A DNA stretch of 64,000 nt from Fidelibacterota bacterium UBA2242 (GTDB taxonomy: Bacteria > Fidelibacterota > UBA2242). The notes beneath the pieces were generated by a model, which ran no database searches, was not told where the DNA came from, and worked only from the letters and a program-made list of their open reading frames with translations. Every line of letters starts with the position of its first letter. The stretch's first letter is position 1. The DNA lies in the NCBI GenBank assembly GCA_002347855.1, contig DDYE01000002.1:166045-230044 (forward strand). Reading direction: 5' to 3'. Position numbers and translations under genes: made by a program. This document shows positions 27,977 to 38,894 of this stretch, one piece after another.

Positions 27977-29233
27977 TTATTCTAACTTTTTCCACTCCTC
28001 GCGTACGATACGGAGACTATCAGGTGTCCCCTGAATGACCAGAGTCTTCAAACCTACATCCCGATAGCCATCAGCTTGATAGATTTGACGGAAGGCTACG
28101 GTGTAAGTCAAGGCTTGCGGGCTTTGTACTTTTAGATTGTTGCGCTCGATGTTGATTTGACCAAGAGATGTAAATATTTCATTTTTGTATTTGCGCCAAG
28201 TCTGGAAATCCATACCATCGCTCCGGAAGGAAGGGGCATAGCAAGCACAGTAACTTTCAATATCCTTGGTTTCCCAGGCTTTTTCCCATTTCTGCAGGAA
28301 GTTTTCGATGAACTCTTCTGTGCTGAGGCGGCGACGCGTCGGGCTGAAAGTCTCAGAAACAATTTTCCAGCCGGATTCGGTAGGTATCAGGATGAGTTTT
28401 TTCAAGCCTTCGCTATAAAAATAAGGACTTTGGTACTTTTGGATGAAGCGTACATGTGTTTCCTGGCGCGAAGTTAAAAGCAAAATTTTTTCGAGGTTGA
28501 CCCTTTTCCAGGCATAGCGTTCTTCCAGGCTGGCTTTATAAGCCCGAAAATGTGGTTTTGAGCGACCCCCTTCATCACGGAAGGTAGGTGCATAGTAATC
28601 AACATATTGATCCAGGGCGCCCTGTTGCCAGGCTTGTACCCAACTATTAAGGTAATCTTGCCAGGTAGACCAGTTTTTCTGATAATCCTGTTTGTTAGTG
28701 ACCAGATACCCGTCTAAGTTATCGTAGATAATAACGGGAGTCTGCTTAATTTTTAAATAACTGCCCAGCGTGAGCAATTGGTTATTATCGAGTGAAATGC
28801 AGCCCTCGGTAATGCGGTCGCGAATGGCTTCGTCGCGTCCATGAATCCATATATTCGAGCCATTGCGCCCCTGCAGGCGATCTACAAAATTGGGATAATC
28901 TAAGATATATGCTGCAGGACCATATTTTTTCGTTAGTTTGTTGCTCGGAATGACACCTTCAATATAGTATATCCCCTCGGGCGTTCGGCGGTCCCCTTCG
29001 CGCTCTTTGTCGCCGGCGACCTTGCCAGTAGTTATTCGAAATTCTTTGACTAAATTGATCTCTTGCGGGGCATTGCTTTCGGCAACATAAAGTTTTTGTA
29101 GCCTTTTATCAACGAGCAATACATATTCTGAAGAATCCGCAGAGATGTTAAAAATCACGGCTGGAATTTCTCGACCCCACAGAGCTGTACTGATTAATGT
29201 TATTGAGATAGAAATGAAGAATTCAGTCCGCAT
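27977..29233 (-). CDS. L,D-transpeptidase-fold (YkuD) protein with two C-terminal NTF2-like modules (Csd6/Pgp2-like)
   Basis: YkuD catalytic motif IWIHGRDEAIRDRITEGCISLDN. Two tandem related modules follow (YLNSWVQAWQQGALDQYVDYYAPTFRDEG / FLQKWEKAWETKDIESYCACYAPSFRSDG). A 1-nt gap separates it from the downstream carboxypeptidase gene. Confidence 0.75.
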   Translation of the reverse strand: MRTEFFISISITLISTALWGREIPAVIFNISADSSEYVLLVDKRLQKLYVAESNAPQEINLVKEFRITTGKVAGDKEREGDRRTPEGIYYIEGVIPSNKLTKKYGPAAYILDYPNFVDRLQGRNGSNIWIHGRDEAIRDRITEGCISLDNNQLLTLGSYLKIKQTPVIIYDNLDGYLVTNKQDYQKNWSTWQDYLNSWVQAWQQGALDQYVDYYAPTFRDEGGRSKPHFRAYKASLEERYAWKRVNLEKILLLTSRQETHVRFIQKYQSPYFYSEGLKKLILIPTESGWKIVSETFSPTRRRLSTEEFIENFLQKWEKAWETKDIESYCACYAPSFRSDGMDFQTWRKYKNEIFTSLGQINIERNNLKVQSPQALTYTVAFRQIYQADGYRDVGLKTLVIQGTPDSLRIVREEWKKLE

Positions 29234-29302
29234 CGCTTAGCCAATCTCTATTTTAATTTACAATCATTTTTAGTGCTGTAAGTTAAGCAATCAGCGCCAT
29301 CT

Positions 29303-30310
29303 TTACATGGAAAAATTACTAGATCCCTGGTGAGAGTCGTGACATAAAGGGCGATTTTCGGTGGAGTGGTTCTCATAGCTCAACTTAATTCCTTTTAGTA
29401 GGGCTGTTAGTAGTAAAAGGCGCACCCATGCATTCGAGATAGGATAGGGACTCAAGGTATAAAGCAGGTGCACAATCTGCTCAACAGTGGGCGTCAAAAG
29501 CAGTTTTCCTGAGATTCGCTTGAGCAGACTGTTACTTTTAATTTGTGGCAGGTAATCGAAAAAATAAAGTCGCACTAACTCTGGGTGTTTTTTTACTATA
29601 ACAGGTATCACTTCTTTACCGAAGCGTGTAACCAGTTTTAGAGCAGCAGTAAAATGGCGAAAATGGTGATGATAAACCTTGATATGCGGCTCGTAAAACA
29701 AGCCCGCAGGATATTGACGCCAAAGCCTGTACGCCAATTCAGTATCTTCACCGCCATAAGTTTTAATCTCGCTATTAAACAAGCCTACGACTTCCAAAGT
29801 GGCACGCTTGATCGAGGTCAAACCCATAATAAAAACCTGGTAAGGTAATGGTTGTTTGGGTTTGAAGCGTCTTGCACCCCGTCGCGAAAAATACAAATAT
29901 TTCTGATACTTATCCATTTTCATAAGTGGTGTGGGTAAGCAGGCACTTACGACACCAATTACACCGGGTTCCCTCTGGCGGGCTACATGTAGCTCAATAA
30001 AATTGGTTTCGACTTCCATGTCAGCGTCAAGGAAAATCAGCAAATCGCCTTTTGCAGCGCGGATGCCGCTGTTACGTGCCTGCGCCAGTCCCTGATTGGA
30101 TAAGTGATTAATGACTAAAAAATTGATGGGCAGTGACATTTTTTCTAATACGGCAATAGTATCGTCTTGCGAGCCATCATTTACGACGATAACTTCGTAA
30201 AGCTTTTGGGGATAAGTCTGGTTTTTCAAGGAACGTAGAGTAATGGGAAGTGTCCTGGCGCTGTTGTATGCTGGGACAATTACTGAGACGAATAATTGCT
30301 CAGAGTTCAT
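29303..30310 (-). CDS. glycosyltransferase family 2 protein
   Basis: VSVIVPAYNSARTL...VIVVNDGSQDDT...FLDADM. Confidence 0.85.
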   Translation of the reverse strand: MNSEQLFVSVIVPAYNSARTLPITLRSLKNQTYPQKLYEVIVVNDGSQDDTIAVLEKMSLPINFLVINHLSNQGLAQARNSGIRAAKGDLLIFLDADMEVETNFIELHVARQREPGVIGVVSACLPTPLMKMDKYQKYLYFSRRGARRFKPKQPLPYQVFIMGLTSIKRATLEVVGLFNSEIKTYGGEDTELAYRLWRQYPAGLFYEPHIKVYHHHFRHFTAALKLVTRFGKEVIPVIVKKHPELVRLYFFDYLPQIKSNSLLKRISGKLLLTPTVEQIVHLLYTLSPYPISNAWVRLLLLTALLKGIKLSYENHSTENRPLCHDSHQGSSNFSM

Positions 30311-30367
30311 AAATCGATACGCCGGAAAATATTTTGAAAAAGCAACGACTGTAAAGAATGACTCTTC

Positions 30368-31408
30368 TCATTGCAACATCTTTTCGAAAGCAGTGATAAG
30401 ATTATCCCAGGAATACTGGAGCACCGTCTTTCTACCGCTGGCGACCAATCTTTCCCTGAGAGGCTCATCTTCGAGCAGTTGGAGCAGCCTGGTAAAAAGA
30501 AGTTGACGATCGCCGAGCGGACACAGTAGCACATTCTCGTTGTCAGTTAAATATTCGCAGACGCCACGATTAGCGACAGCCACTACCGCACAACCACAAG
30601 CCAGCGCTTCCATCGGGGGCAATCCCCACCCCTCCCATTGGCTCGGGAAAAGCAAGACTTTGGTGGAGTTATACAACTGGCGCAAATGGGCAATTTCCGG
30701 CTGAATGACCAGCTCACACCACTCCGGAATTCGATGCAAAGGGGGACGCGGTGATACAATGACAGCTCTGGTCTCAGGTCTCTTTTGCTTGAGCTGCTGC
30801 AACACCGCCAAGCCCTCTTTGGCGCCTTTGATGCGCCGGTGATGGTAAAACATAATGACATCGTTAGGACGAGGTACATTGCTATTTTCTAAGAAAAATT
30901 CCTGTGGATTGACGGCGTTACCGAGGGGACCAAGCGCGTTTTCACCCATGCTGTGCAGATCATCTATTATCCATTGCGCAATAGCAATTTTTTGCAAAGG
31001 TAAGCGGTACGTTGCTAACACCTGCCGCTTTTGTCGAAAATAGGTTTCAAAGCTTTGCAGAAAGTAAAATTTTCTACCACATTCTAAAGGTAAATCAGCC
31101 ACCGCGGCAGCTGTCTGCCAGCCGACCGCAATAATAGCATCGCCGAGAGGGATATACTTGACAGTTATTCGGCGGACAACGAGAACATTGACATGTGGAT
31201 CGGGCTGGTAGTAGAGTTCTGTGGCTTTACCACTAAAAAGTGGAGGCAATTTTTTTACCAAACGCAAGCAACGACTGCCGATGGTCAATGGATAAATCAG
31301 CGTGACCCGATGCCCACGCAGAGCCAGCCTATTGGCATATTCTACCACGACCTTGACGCCACCCATTGGGGCGTCAATGAAACCGGGTAAAACAAAGGTT
31401 ATCCGCAT
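30368..31408 (-). CDS. glycosyltransferase, GT-B fold (family 4-like)
   Basis: MRITFVLPGF...GGVKVV N-terminus. C-terminal EGWGLPPMEALACGCAVV (the E-x7-E region). Confidence 0.8.
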   Translation of the reverse strand: MRITFVLPGFIDAPMGGVKVVVEYANRLALRGHRVTLIYPLTIGSRCLRLVKKLPPLFSGKATELYYQPDPHVNVLVVRRITVKYIPLGDAIIAVGWQTAAAVADLPLECGRKFYFLQSFETYFRQKRQVLATYRLPLQKIAIAQWIIDDLHSMGENALGPLGNAVNPQEFFLENSNVPRPNDVIMFYHHRRIKGAKEGLAVLQQLKQKRPETRAVIVSPRPPLHRIPEWCELVIQPEIAHLRQLYNSTKVLLFPSQWEGWGLPPMEALACGCAVVAVANRGVCEYLTDNENVLLCPLGDRQLLFTRLLQLLEDEPLRERLVASGRKTVLQYSWDNLITAFEKMLQ

Positions 31409-31411
31409 AGG

Positions 31412-32494
31412 TTATACTTTTAGTCCAATCAAACGGTAATACTCGTACAATTGCTGGATGACATTCCGGTGATCATGATATTTTTCTACCCAGCTGCGAC
31501 TGGCGGACATGCGAGCAGGAAGGCGGTTAGGATTTTCAAGCAGCTCAATGAGCCTGGTCTTCAAATCAATCTGGCTGGCATTGACAAAGGGATGGTCGGG
31601 AATAAATTTTTCATAGGTTGGATTCAAATAGGTCACACAAACCAGCCCCAAAGCAAGTGCTTCTAAGGAATTCATGCCATAACCCCAGGCATGGTCGGTA
31701 ATCTGGTCAATGTAAATATCGGCACTGGCTTTGAGGCGCAGCACTTCGGCGTGCGGTTTGTTCTCGATAAAAATGAAATTAATGCCATGACTCTTTTGCA
31801 GTTCAGTGCACACCTGAATAATGTGGTCGGAACCTTTGACGCGGCGATTGGTCGTGGCGTGGCAGACAGTCAGTGGTTTGTTGATCGCTTGCTTGGGAGT
31901 ATAAGCTTGAACATTGAAAGGTAAAAACAGGTACTTGATATTTGGATGCCGGAAAGTCAAATCAAGTTCGTTGGTCAGGTTCAAATCGCTGAGTTCATCC
32001 ATCGCGGGAATTACCCCGCGGTTGCGCATATCCTGCCCGTGATAGTGACTGATGATTTTTTTGCCACGCTGCTTGAGATAGCGGGCAAAGCGACCATCGC
32101 GGAAAAAGTCGCTGCCCCACTCAAAATGGTAAACATCGAAATCGTCCAATCCGTATTGCCGTATCGCCGAATTTATTAAAGGTTCCCAGATTTGTTCACG
32201 CAGTCGCAAAAGCGCCTTTTGCCAGGCGGGTGGCGACCAGATTGGGGGATAGCCGCTTTTATTGCGATAAGGGTCAGGACTTTCGAACCGCCGCGCAAAC
32301 CATAAGCGTGGTCTGAGATACCATGGTCGCGCAGCAATCAGTGGCAAGTTAAGACAAATATCCTCCGGATAATCACCTGCCGAGTGAAACCAGGTCACAT
32401 AGCGACAATAATTGCCCTGCAGCTGATGAGCTTTTTGCCAGTAGGTAAGGGTGCCAACCGTGTTTTCTGGGGAAATATAGAGGATTTTTAGCAT
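31412..32494 (-). CDS. probable GT-B fold glycosyltransferase, divergent
   Basis: MLKILYISPEN N-terminus. C-terminal WGYGMNSLEALALGLVCV resembles the GT4 nucleotide-sugar-binding helix. Otherwise unrecognised. Confidence 0.5.
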   Translation of the reverse strand: MLKILYISPENTVGTLTYWQKAHQLQGNYCRYVTWFHSAGDYPEDICLNLPLIAARPWYLRPRLWFARRFESPDPYRNKSGYPPIWSPPAWQKALLRLREQIWEPLINSAIRQYGLDDFDVYHFEWGSDFFRDGRFARYLKQRGKKIISHYHGQDMRNRGVIPAMDELSDLNLTNELDLTFRHPNIKYLFLPFNVQAYTPKQAINKPLTVCHATTNRRVKGSDHIIQVCTELQKSHGINFIFIENKPHAEVLRLKASADIYIDQITDHAWGYGMNSLEALALGLVCVTYLNPTYEKFIPDHPFVNASQIDLKTRLIELLENPNRLPARMSASRSWVEKYHDHRNVIQQLYEYYRLIGLKV

Positions 32495-33612
32495 CTTAAC
32501 ACCGCCTTGTAAACCTGCAAGAGTGTGGGCAGTGTTTTATTCCAATTGTAGTTCTGCACGACGGCGGTTCTGCCACGCTCCCCCATAGCCTTGCGAACAT
32601 CAGGATGTTGTAATAAGTAGTTAATCTGCTGTCCTAAGTTTTCGGGAGTCAGAGGATCTACAACTATGCCCGCCCCACATCCGGCGACATATCTTTCAAT
32701 TGAAGGAACTCGACATGCCAGCACAGGAATTTTCATTGCCATAAATTCAAAAGGTTTCACCTGGATAGAACGTTTATAGGACTCGTTAGGTTGCATCGCT
32801 GCTAAGCCAATGGTAGCGCGACGGAGTAGTGCAGGTATCGCGTTGTAGGCTACCGGAGGTAAAATCTGTACCTGACTGTTTAAACGATAGGAACCAATCA
32901 ATTGACGCAATTCAGTGAGATAATCCGCAGATGCATTGCCTGCTAACAGCAAGATAGCATCTGGATTTTCTTTGCGAACGGTCAGCATGGCAGCAATCAT
33001 CAGTTCTATATTTCGCCCAGCTACTAATTGACCATGATATAAAATGATTGGATTGTCGGGTGGTTGAGCAGCCGGCTGAAAAAGTTCAACAATCGGAAAG
33101 TTATAGACGATTGCCCGGCGTGGATGCCAAGCCTTAAATCGAGCTTCTACCCAGAGTGTGACTGTCACCAGGTAATCCACACCCCGAACCGTCAGGTATT
33201 CAAGGGTTTGCGCCAAACTGCCGGCAATCAATCGGACAATTAAGCTGCGCCTTGAGAAGTCCATAAAGAACCAAAAAATCGTCTCGTGAGCATCGTAAAC
33301 GACTGACCGTTTATATTTATGCTTTAAAAATAAACCGAAAGGCAGCAATTCAAACTCGTGGAGATGATATAAATCGGCGCGGACTGATTTAGCCAGTTTA
33401 TAAGCCTGCCATATATTTTGAAAGTAGCCCTTATCAGGGAAGAGCAAAAAAGTAATGCCCTCTATTTTTGGCAATTGCTCTGCTGTCTGATGCGCAACAA
33501 TGGTTACCCGGTAACCATGGCGCGCTAAGGAACAGGCTTCTTTGTAAAATATACGGTCGTCGGTAGGATTGTGTCCGACGGTAACATGGCAAACCTTAAG
33601 AGGTGATTTCAT
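32488..33612 (-). CDS. glycosyltransferase, GT-B fold (family 4-like)
   Basis: KVCHVTVGHNPTDDRIFYKEA N-terminus. C-terminal KPFEFMAMKIPVLA. It overlaps both neighbours (7 nt and 4 nt). Confidence 0.8.
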   Translation of the reverse strand: MKSPLKVCHVTVGHNPTDDRIFYKEACSLARHGYRVTIVAHQTAEQLPKIEGITFLLFPDKGYFQNIWQAYKLAKSVRADLYHLHEFELLPFGLFLKHKYKRSVVYDAHETIFWFFMDFSRRSLIVRLIAGSLAQTLEYLTVRGVDYLVTVTLWVEARFKAWHPRRAIVYNFPIVELFQPAAQPPDNPIILYHGQLVAGRNIELMIAAMLTVRKENPDAILLLAGNASADYLTELRQLIGSYRLNSQVQILPPVAYNAIPALLRRATIGLAAMQPNESYKRSIQVKPFEFMAMKIPVLACRVPSIERYVAGCGAGIVVDPLTPENLGQQINYLLQHPDVRKAMGERGRTAVVQNYNWNKTLPTLLQVYKAVLRC

Positions 33613-35066
33613 TCTTTATTGCGAAAATTAAACAAATCCTTAATTAGAGCAATCTCATCTTTACGGAAAAATCCCGCCAGCCACAGAATGAATGGGAAAG
33701 CAATCACGACGGATACGCGAGCCACCAATACTGGTTTAAATAAATAAATTGGGATGCCGCCAGCGAGGGCAAAAAGAAAAAGCATGCCAACTCGACGAAA
33801 ATCATACGATACACGAAAAAGACGCTGCGAGACAAAATAACCCTGAATTGCCAGTATGAAATAACCAAGTAAGGAGGCGTAAGCCGAACCCACAATACCC
33901 AGCAGTGGAACAAATAAAAAGTTGGCAGCTACATTAACCGCTGCCGCTAAAAAGGTCATATAGGCTAAGTAGCGGGTTTTCTTTTCAAAATAGATGCCGG
34001 GCAGGAACACCTGATTTATTCCTAAAAATACATAACCAAGTAAAATCAGAGGCACCATCGGCTCGCAGCCCTGGTATTCGGGACCGATTAAATAAACAGA
34101 TCCGATGTGAAAATGAACAATCTCTGGCATGAAGGCGGTTAAAACCAACCAAAATGTCAATTCTACCAGGACAAAGTAGGTCAGAACTCGAGCAAAGAGG
34201 GGTTTGGAGGATTCTCGCGGTCCGGCTTTTAAAAAGAAAGGCTGCCAGGCATAATAAAAAGCGCTGGTCAGGAGCAACATAAATATACCCAGCTTAAAAC
34301 CGGCGCTAAAAATGCCAACGGCGCGCAGGTCCATAAGGCGTTCGAGAATGTAACGATTCAGCATTTCCATACAGACCGTGGCTAAACCGGCAGGAATAAA
34401 TGGTAAGCCAAACTGTGCCAGATCGTAAGCCATACTCCCAGAAAAAGTAAAGCGCAGTTTAGGAATAATCATGATAAATAGAATCAGTGTGGTCAGAGCT
34501 GAGGTGATTAAATTGCTCTGGAAAATACCATCAACGCCCAGTCTTAAATGAGCAACTAAATAGATATTAAGCGTGAAAACAACGACAACATTGACGAGTC
34601 GGATACCCATGAATTGAAAAGGCTTCTCCTCTAAGCGCAGCAGTGCAAAGGGGACATGAGCCAGAGCATCAAAAAAAAGAATAAGTGCAGCATAGCGTAT
34701 CAGATTGGCATGGGCAGGATCATGCAGTAGCGTTTTACCGAGATAACCACTCAATGCATAAATCAGCAAACCGAGGAACGCGCTCGTCACCAGTGACAGG
34801 TAAATAGCGGTGGATAAAATTTTCGTGCGATTTAAATCATCATTAGCTTCACTGTAGTAGCGTATAACGGCTGAGTCCAGACCATAATTGAAAATGATAA
34901 TCATTAATCCGATGAAGGCAAAAATCAGAGAGGCTAAGCCATATTCGGCAGCTGGCAGAATATTGGTATAAACTGGCAAAAGTAAAAATGTCACCAGGCG
35001 AGCCAGAATCGTACCAATGCCATAAATCAATGTTTGTTTTGTCAAAGATTTAATCGAAGCTGCCAT
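33609..35066 (-). CDS. oligosaccharide flippase (Wzx / MOP-family polysaccharide biosynthesis protein)
   Basis: About 12-14 TM helices. N-terminal LTKQTLIYGIGTILARLVTFLLLPVYTNIL is typical of Wzx-like proteins. Confidence 0.8.
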   Translation of the reverse strand: MAASIKSLTKQTLIYGIGTILARLVTFLLLPVYTNILPAAEYGLASLIFAFIGLMIIIFNYGLDSAVIRYYSEANDDLNRTKILSTAIYLSLVTSAFLGLLIYALSGYLGKTLLHDPAHANLIRYAALILFFDALAHVPFALLRLEEKPFQFMGIRLVNVVVVFTLNIYLVAHLRLGVDGIFQSNLITSALTTLILFIMIIPKLRFTFSGSMAYDLAQFGLPFIPAGLATVCMEMLNRYILERLMDLRAVGIFSAGFKLGIFMLLLTSAFYYAWQPFFLKAGPRESSKPLFARVLTYFVLVELTFWLVLTAFMPEIVHFHIGSVYLIGPEYQGCEPMVPLILLGYVFLGINQVFLPGIYFEKKTRYLAYMTFLAAAVNVAANFLFVPLLGIVGSAYASLLGYFILAIQGYFVSQRLFRVSYDFRRVGMLFLFALAGGIPIYLFKPVLVARVSVVIAFPFILWLAGFFRKDEIALIKDLFNFRNKE

Positions 35067-35135
35067 TGCCTTAGACTCGTTTCTTCAATTCATGGGGATG
35101 TTAATATAAAAGAATAGTCAATGAATGGTATCTAA

Positions 35136-36104
35136 TTATAAATCGAGGTAAAGGGTATCGCGTAAAATCCCACTTGAACCAAATCCTTCTTTAAAGCGCG
35201 CTAGACCAAAATTGGGCTCCATATTGACCGTAAAAATACCAAAATCTAAATATTTAAAGCCCTGGGCTATACAGCGCTTGATGATTTCATAGAACAGCAG
35301 ATTGACACCACGGTACTCCTGGCGGTCTTCATTATGACTGATATAGAATGCCAGAGAGACAGCGCGGTTGCAGTCAAACATGACCACTCCGGCGACCATT
35401 TCCTCCTTGACAAATGCTCCAAAGAGAAAAATGCGGTCGGGGAACAGGTTCTTGAGAGTAATTAATTCATCGAGGGTATGAGTGGGCTGGACACCATGCC
35501 GAATTTTTAAATTTTTCTTCAGGATCTCGTAAAAAGTGGCATAATCGTCGGACTCGCGGACAATTACCCCTAATTTCTGCGCGCGGCGAAAGGCAGTGCG
35601 ATTGGTCTGCTTGAACTTGGCGACATTGAGGTCAATATTTTCTTCTAAAGAAACTATGCTGGAGACCTCGCGCTTGAGGTACTGAAAACCATGTTTGATC
35701 AGGGCAAAATCAATGTAATTGGAAAGGCGCTGATTGTATATTATCGGCGGCAGGGTAGTCACAATCCGCTGTATCTTTTCACGGCGAGCATAGGCAATTA
35801 GCCGCTCGACTAAGATATAGGCGTTCGCAATACTCAGGCTTTCCCGATTGACAAACCCGCCATAGCTAGCACCACGATGAGACCAGAGTGTGTCCAAACC
35901 GTTCCAGTTGCCACGCACTGCCGGAAAAACAGCATAAAGCTCGGTGCCTTTATAGAAAGCCAGGGAAGCATCCTGGAAGCGACCAGCGGGGTGATAAGAA
36001 AGAAACCGCCGCGTGTGGAAAATAGTGCCGTTGTTACTTTCACTGACAAATTTGTCCCAAAGTGCAGCAATTTGGGGAGTATAAGGTTTAACTTCAAATA
36101 TCAT
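35136..36104 (-). CDS. FemAB-like / GNAT-fold acyl(aminoacyl)transferase
   Basis: Size and tail ...GVNLLFYEIIKRCIAQGFKYLDFG...GLARFKEGFG resemble FemAB-family (lipid II aminoacyl transferase-like) proteins. It is the first gene of the polysaccharide block. Confidence 0.55.
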   Translation of the reverse strand: MIFEVKPYTPQIAALWDKFVSESNNGTIFHTRRFLSYHPAGRFQDASLAFYKGTELYAVFPAVRGNWNGLDTLWSHRGASYGGFVNRESLSIANAYILVERLIAYARREKIQRIVTTLPPIIYNQRLSNYIDFALIKHGFQYLKREVSSIVSLEENIDLNVAKFKQTNRTAFRRAQKLGVIVRESDDYATFYEILKKNLKIRHGVQPTHTLDELITLKNLFPDRIFLFGAFVKEEMVAGVVMFDCNRAVSLAFYISHNEDRQEYRGVNLLFYEIIKRCIAQGFKYLDFGIFTVNMEPNFGLARFKEGFGSSGILRDTLYLDL

Positions 36105-36244
36105 ATTCGCACCTCTTAGAAAAATTTACAGTCTTATAGGAAGGATTTCAAAGAATAAAATTAGGACAGGCTGCAAAAAAGCTCGATAGAAGTAAAAATA
36201 TTCTGCCTATTGACGTAAATTATCAGCCGAGTAGCATCTCGATG

Positions 36245-37934
<1,690 letters not shown>

Positions 37935-37992
37935 GAATTTTTCTTTTCGTGTGGCTGCTCTCATAATTGGCAAAATAAAGTGAGGGGAAAAT

Positions 37993-38838
37993 ATGGATAT
38001 TGCCACTCTGTTTGGCTTGATTATCGGCATCACTCTGATTGTTTATTCTATTGCTGCAAATGAAGGCGACGCTTCCTATTTTTGGAATTTTCCGTCACTG
38101 CTTTTAGTCCTGGGGGGTACCATTGCCGCCACTTTCGTTAATTACCCGATGCGCAATCTCTGGAGCGTTTTTAAGGTCGTCAAAAATGCTTTCCGTCGTT
38201 CGAATTACGGTTATCAAGAAATCATTGATAAATTCACTGAACTGGCGGGAAAAGCCCGCAAGAGTGGTCTCATCGCCCTGGAAGATGATTTAAAGAATAT
38301 TAGCGATAATTTTATGCGCAAGGGCATTGAACTTGCCATCAATGAAAAAGACCAGGAGCGTCTGCGCAACTATCTCAATCTGGAACTTTCCAACATCCAT
38401 AAGCGGCACACTATTGGTCAGGAAATTTTCTTCTACATGGGGACTTATGCCCCTGCCTTTGGTATGGTTGGCACCATTGTGGGCTTAATCATCATGATGA
38501 AGAATTTTACCATGCAAAAAGCCAGTAGTCTCAGCGCTTTCAGCAACGCTTTTCAATTTGATATTGCAGCCCAATTTAAAACTCTCTTAAGTGGCATGGG
38601 CCTGGCTCTGCTGACGACTTTTTATGGACTACTATTGGCAAACCTCATCTTTATTCCAATTGGTGGCAAGTTAAAACGGCGCTCCGAAGAAGAAATTATG
38701 CTGAAGGAATTCATGATTGAAGGCATACTGTGCCTCCATAATCGGGATCACCCGCTGGTCGTGCGCGAAAAACTCAATACCTTCGTTCCGGCTAAGGAGC
38801 GCAAGGAAGAAAAAATCAAGGCGCCTACTAAGAAATAG
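37993..38838 (+). CDS. MotA/PomA-type proton-channel (stator) protein
   Basis: Two N-terminal TMs. About 100-aa cytoplasmic loop with ARKSGLIALEDD. TM3 YAPAFGMVGTIVGLI. TM4 GLALLTTFYGLLLANLIFIPIGGKL. Confidence 0.8.
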   Translation: MDIATLFGLIIGITLIVYSIAANEGDASYFWNFPSLLLVLGGTIAATFVNYPMRNLWSVFKVVKNAFRRSNYGYQEIIDKFTELAGKARKSGLIALEDDLKNISDNFMRKGIELAINEKDQERLRNYLNLELSNIHKRHTIGQEIFFYMGTYAPAFGMVGTIVGLIIMMKNFTMQKASSLSAFSNAFQFDIAAQFKTLLSGMGLALLTTFYGLLLANLIFIPIGGKLKRRSEEEIMLKEFMIEGILCLHNRDHPLVVREKLNTFVPAKERKEEKIKAPTKK

Positions 38839-38894
38839 CTTTTCGGTTCCCCACGGCGTCTTGTTAAATAGCGGCTACAACCGCATAAATAGTA

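Noticed and set aside
37993-38838. MotA-like gene as evidence that the organism is flagellated
   Set aside because: No other flagellar or chemotaxis gene and no motB occur in the 64-kb window. The context is cell division and peptidoglycan, so motility cannot be inferred from this gene alone.
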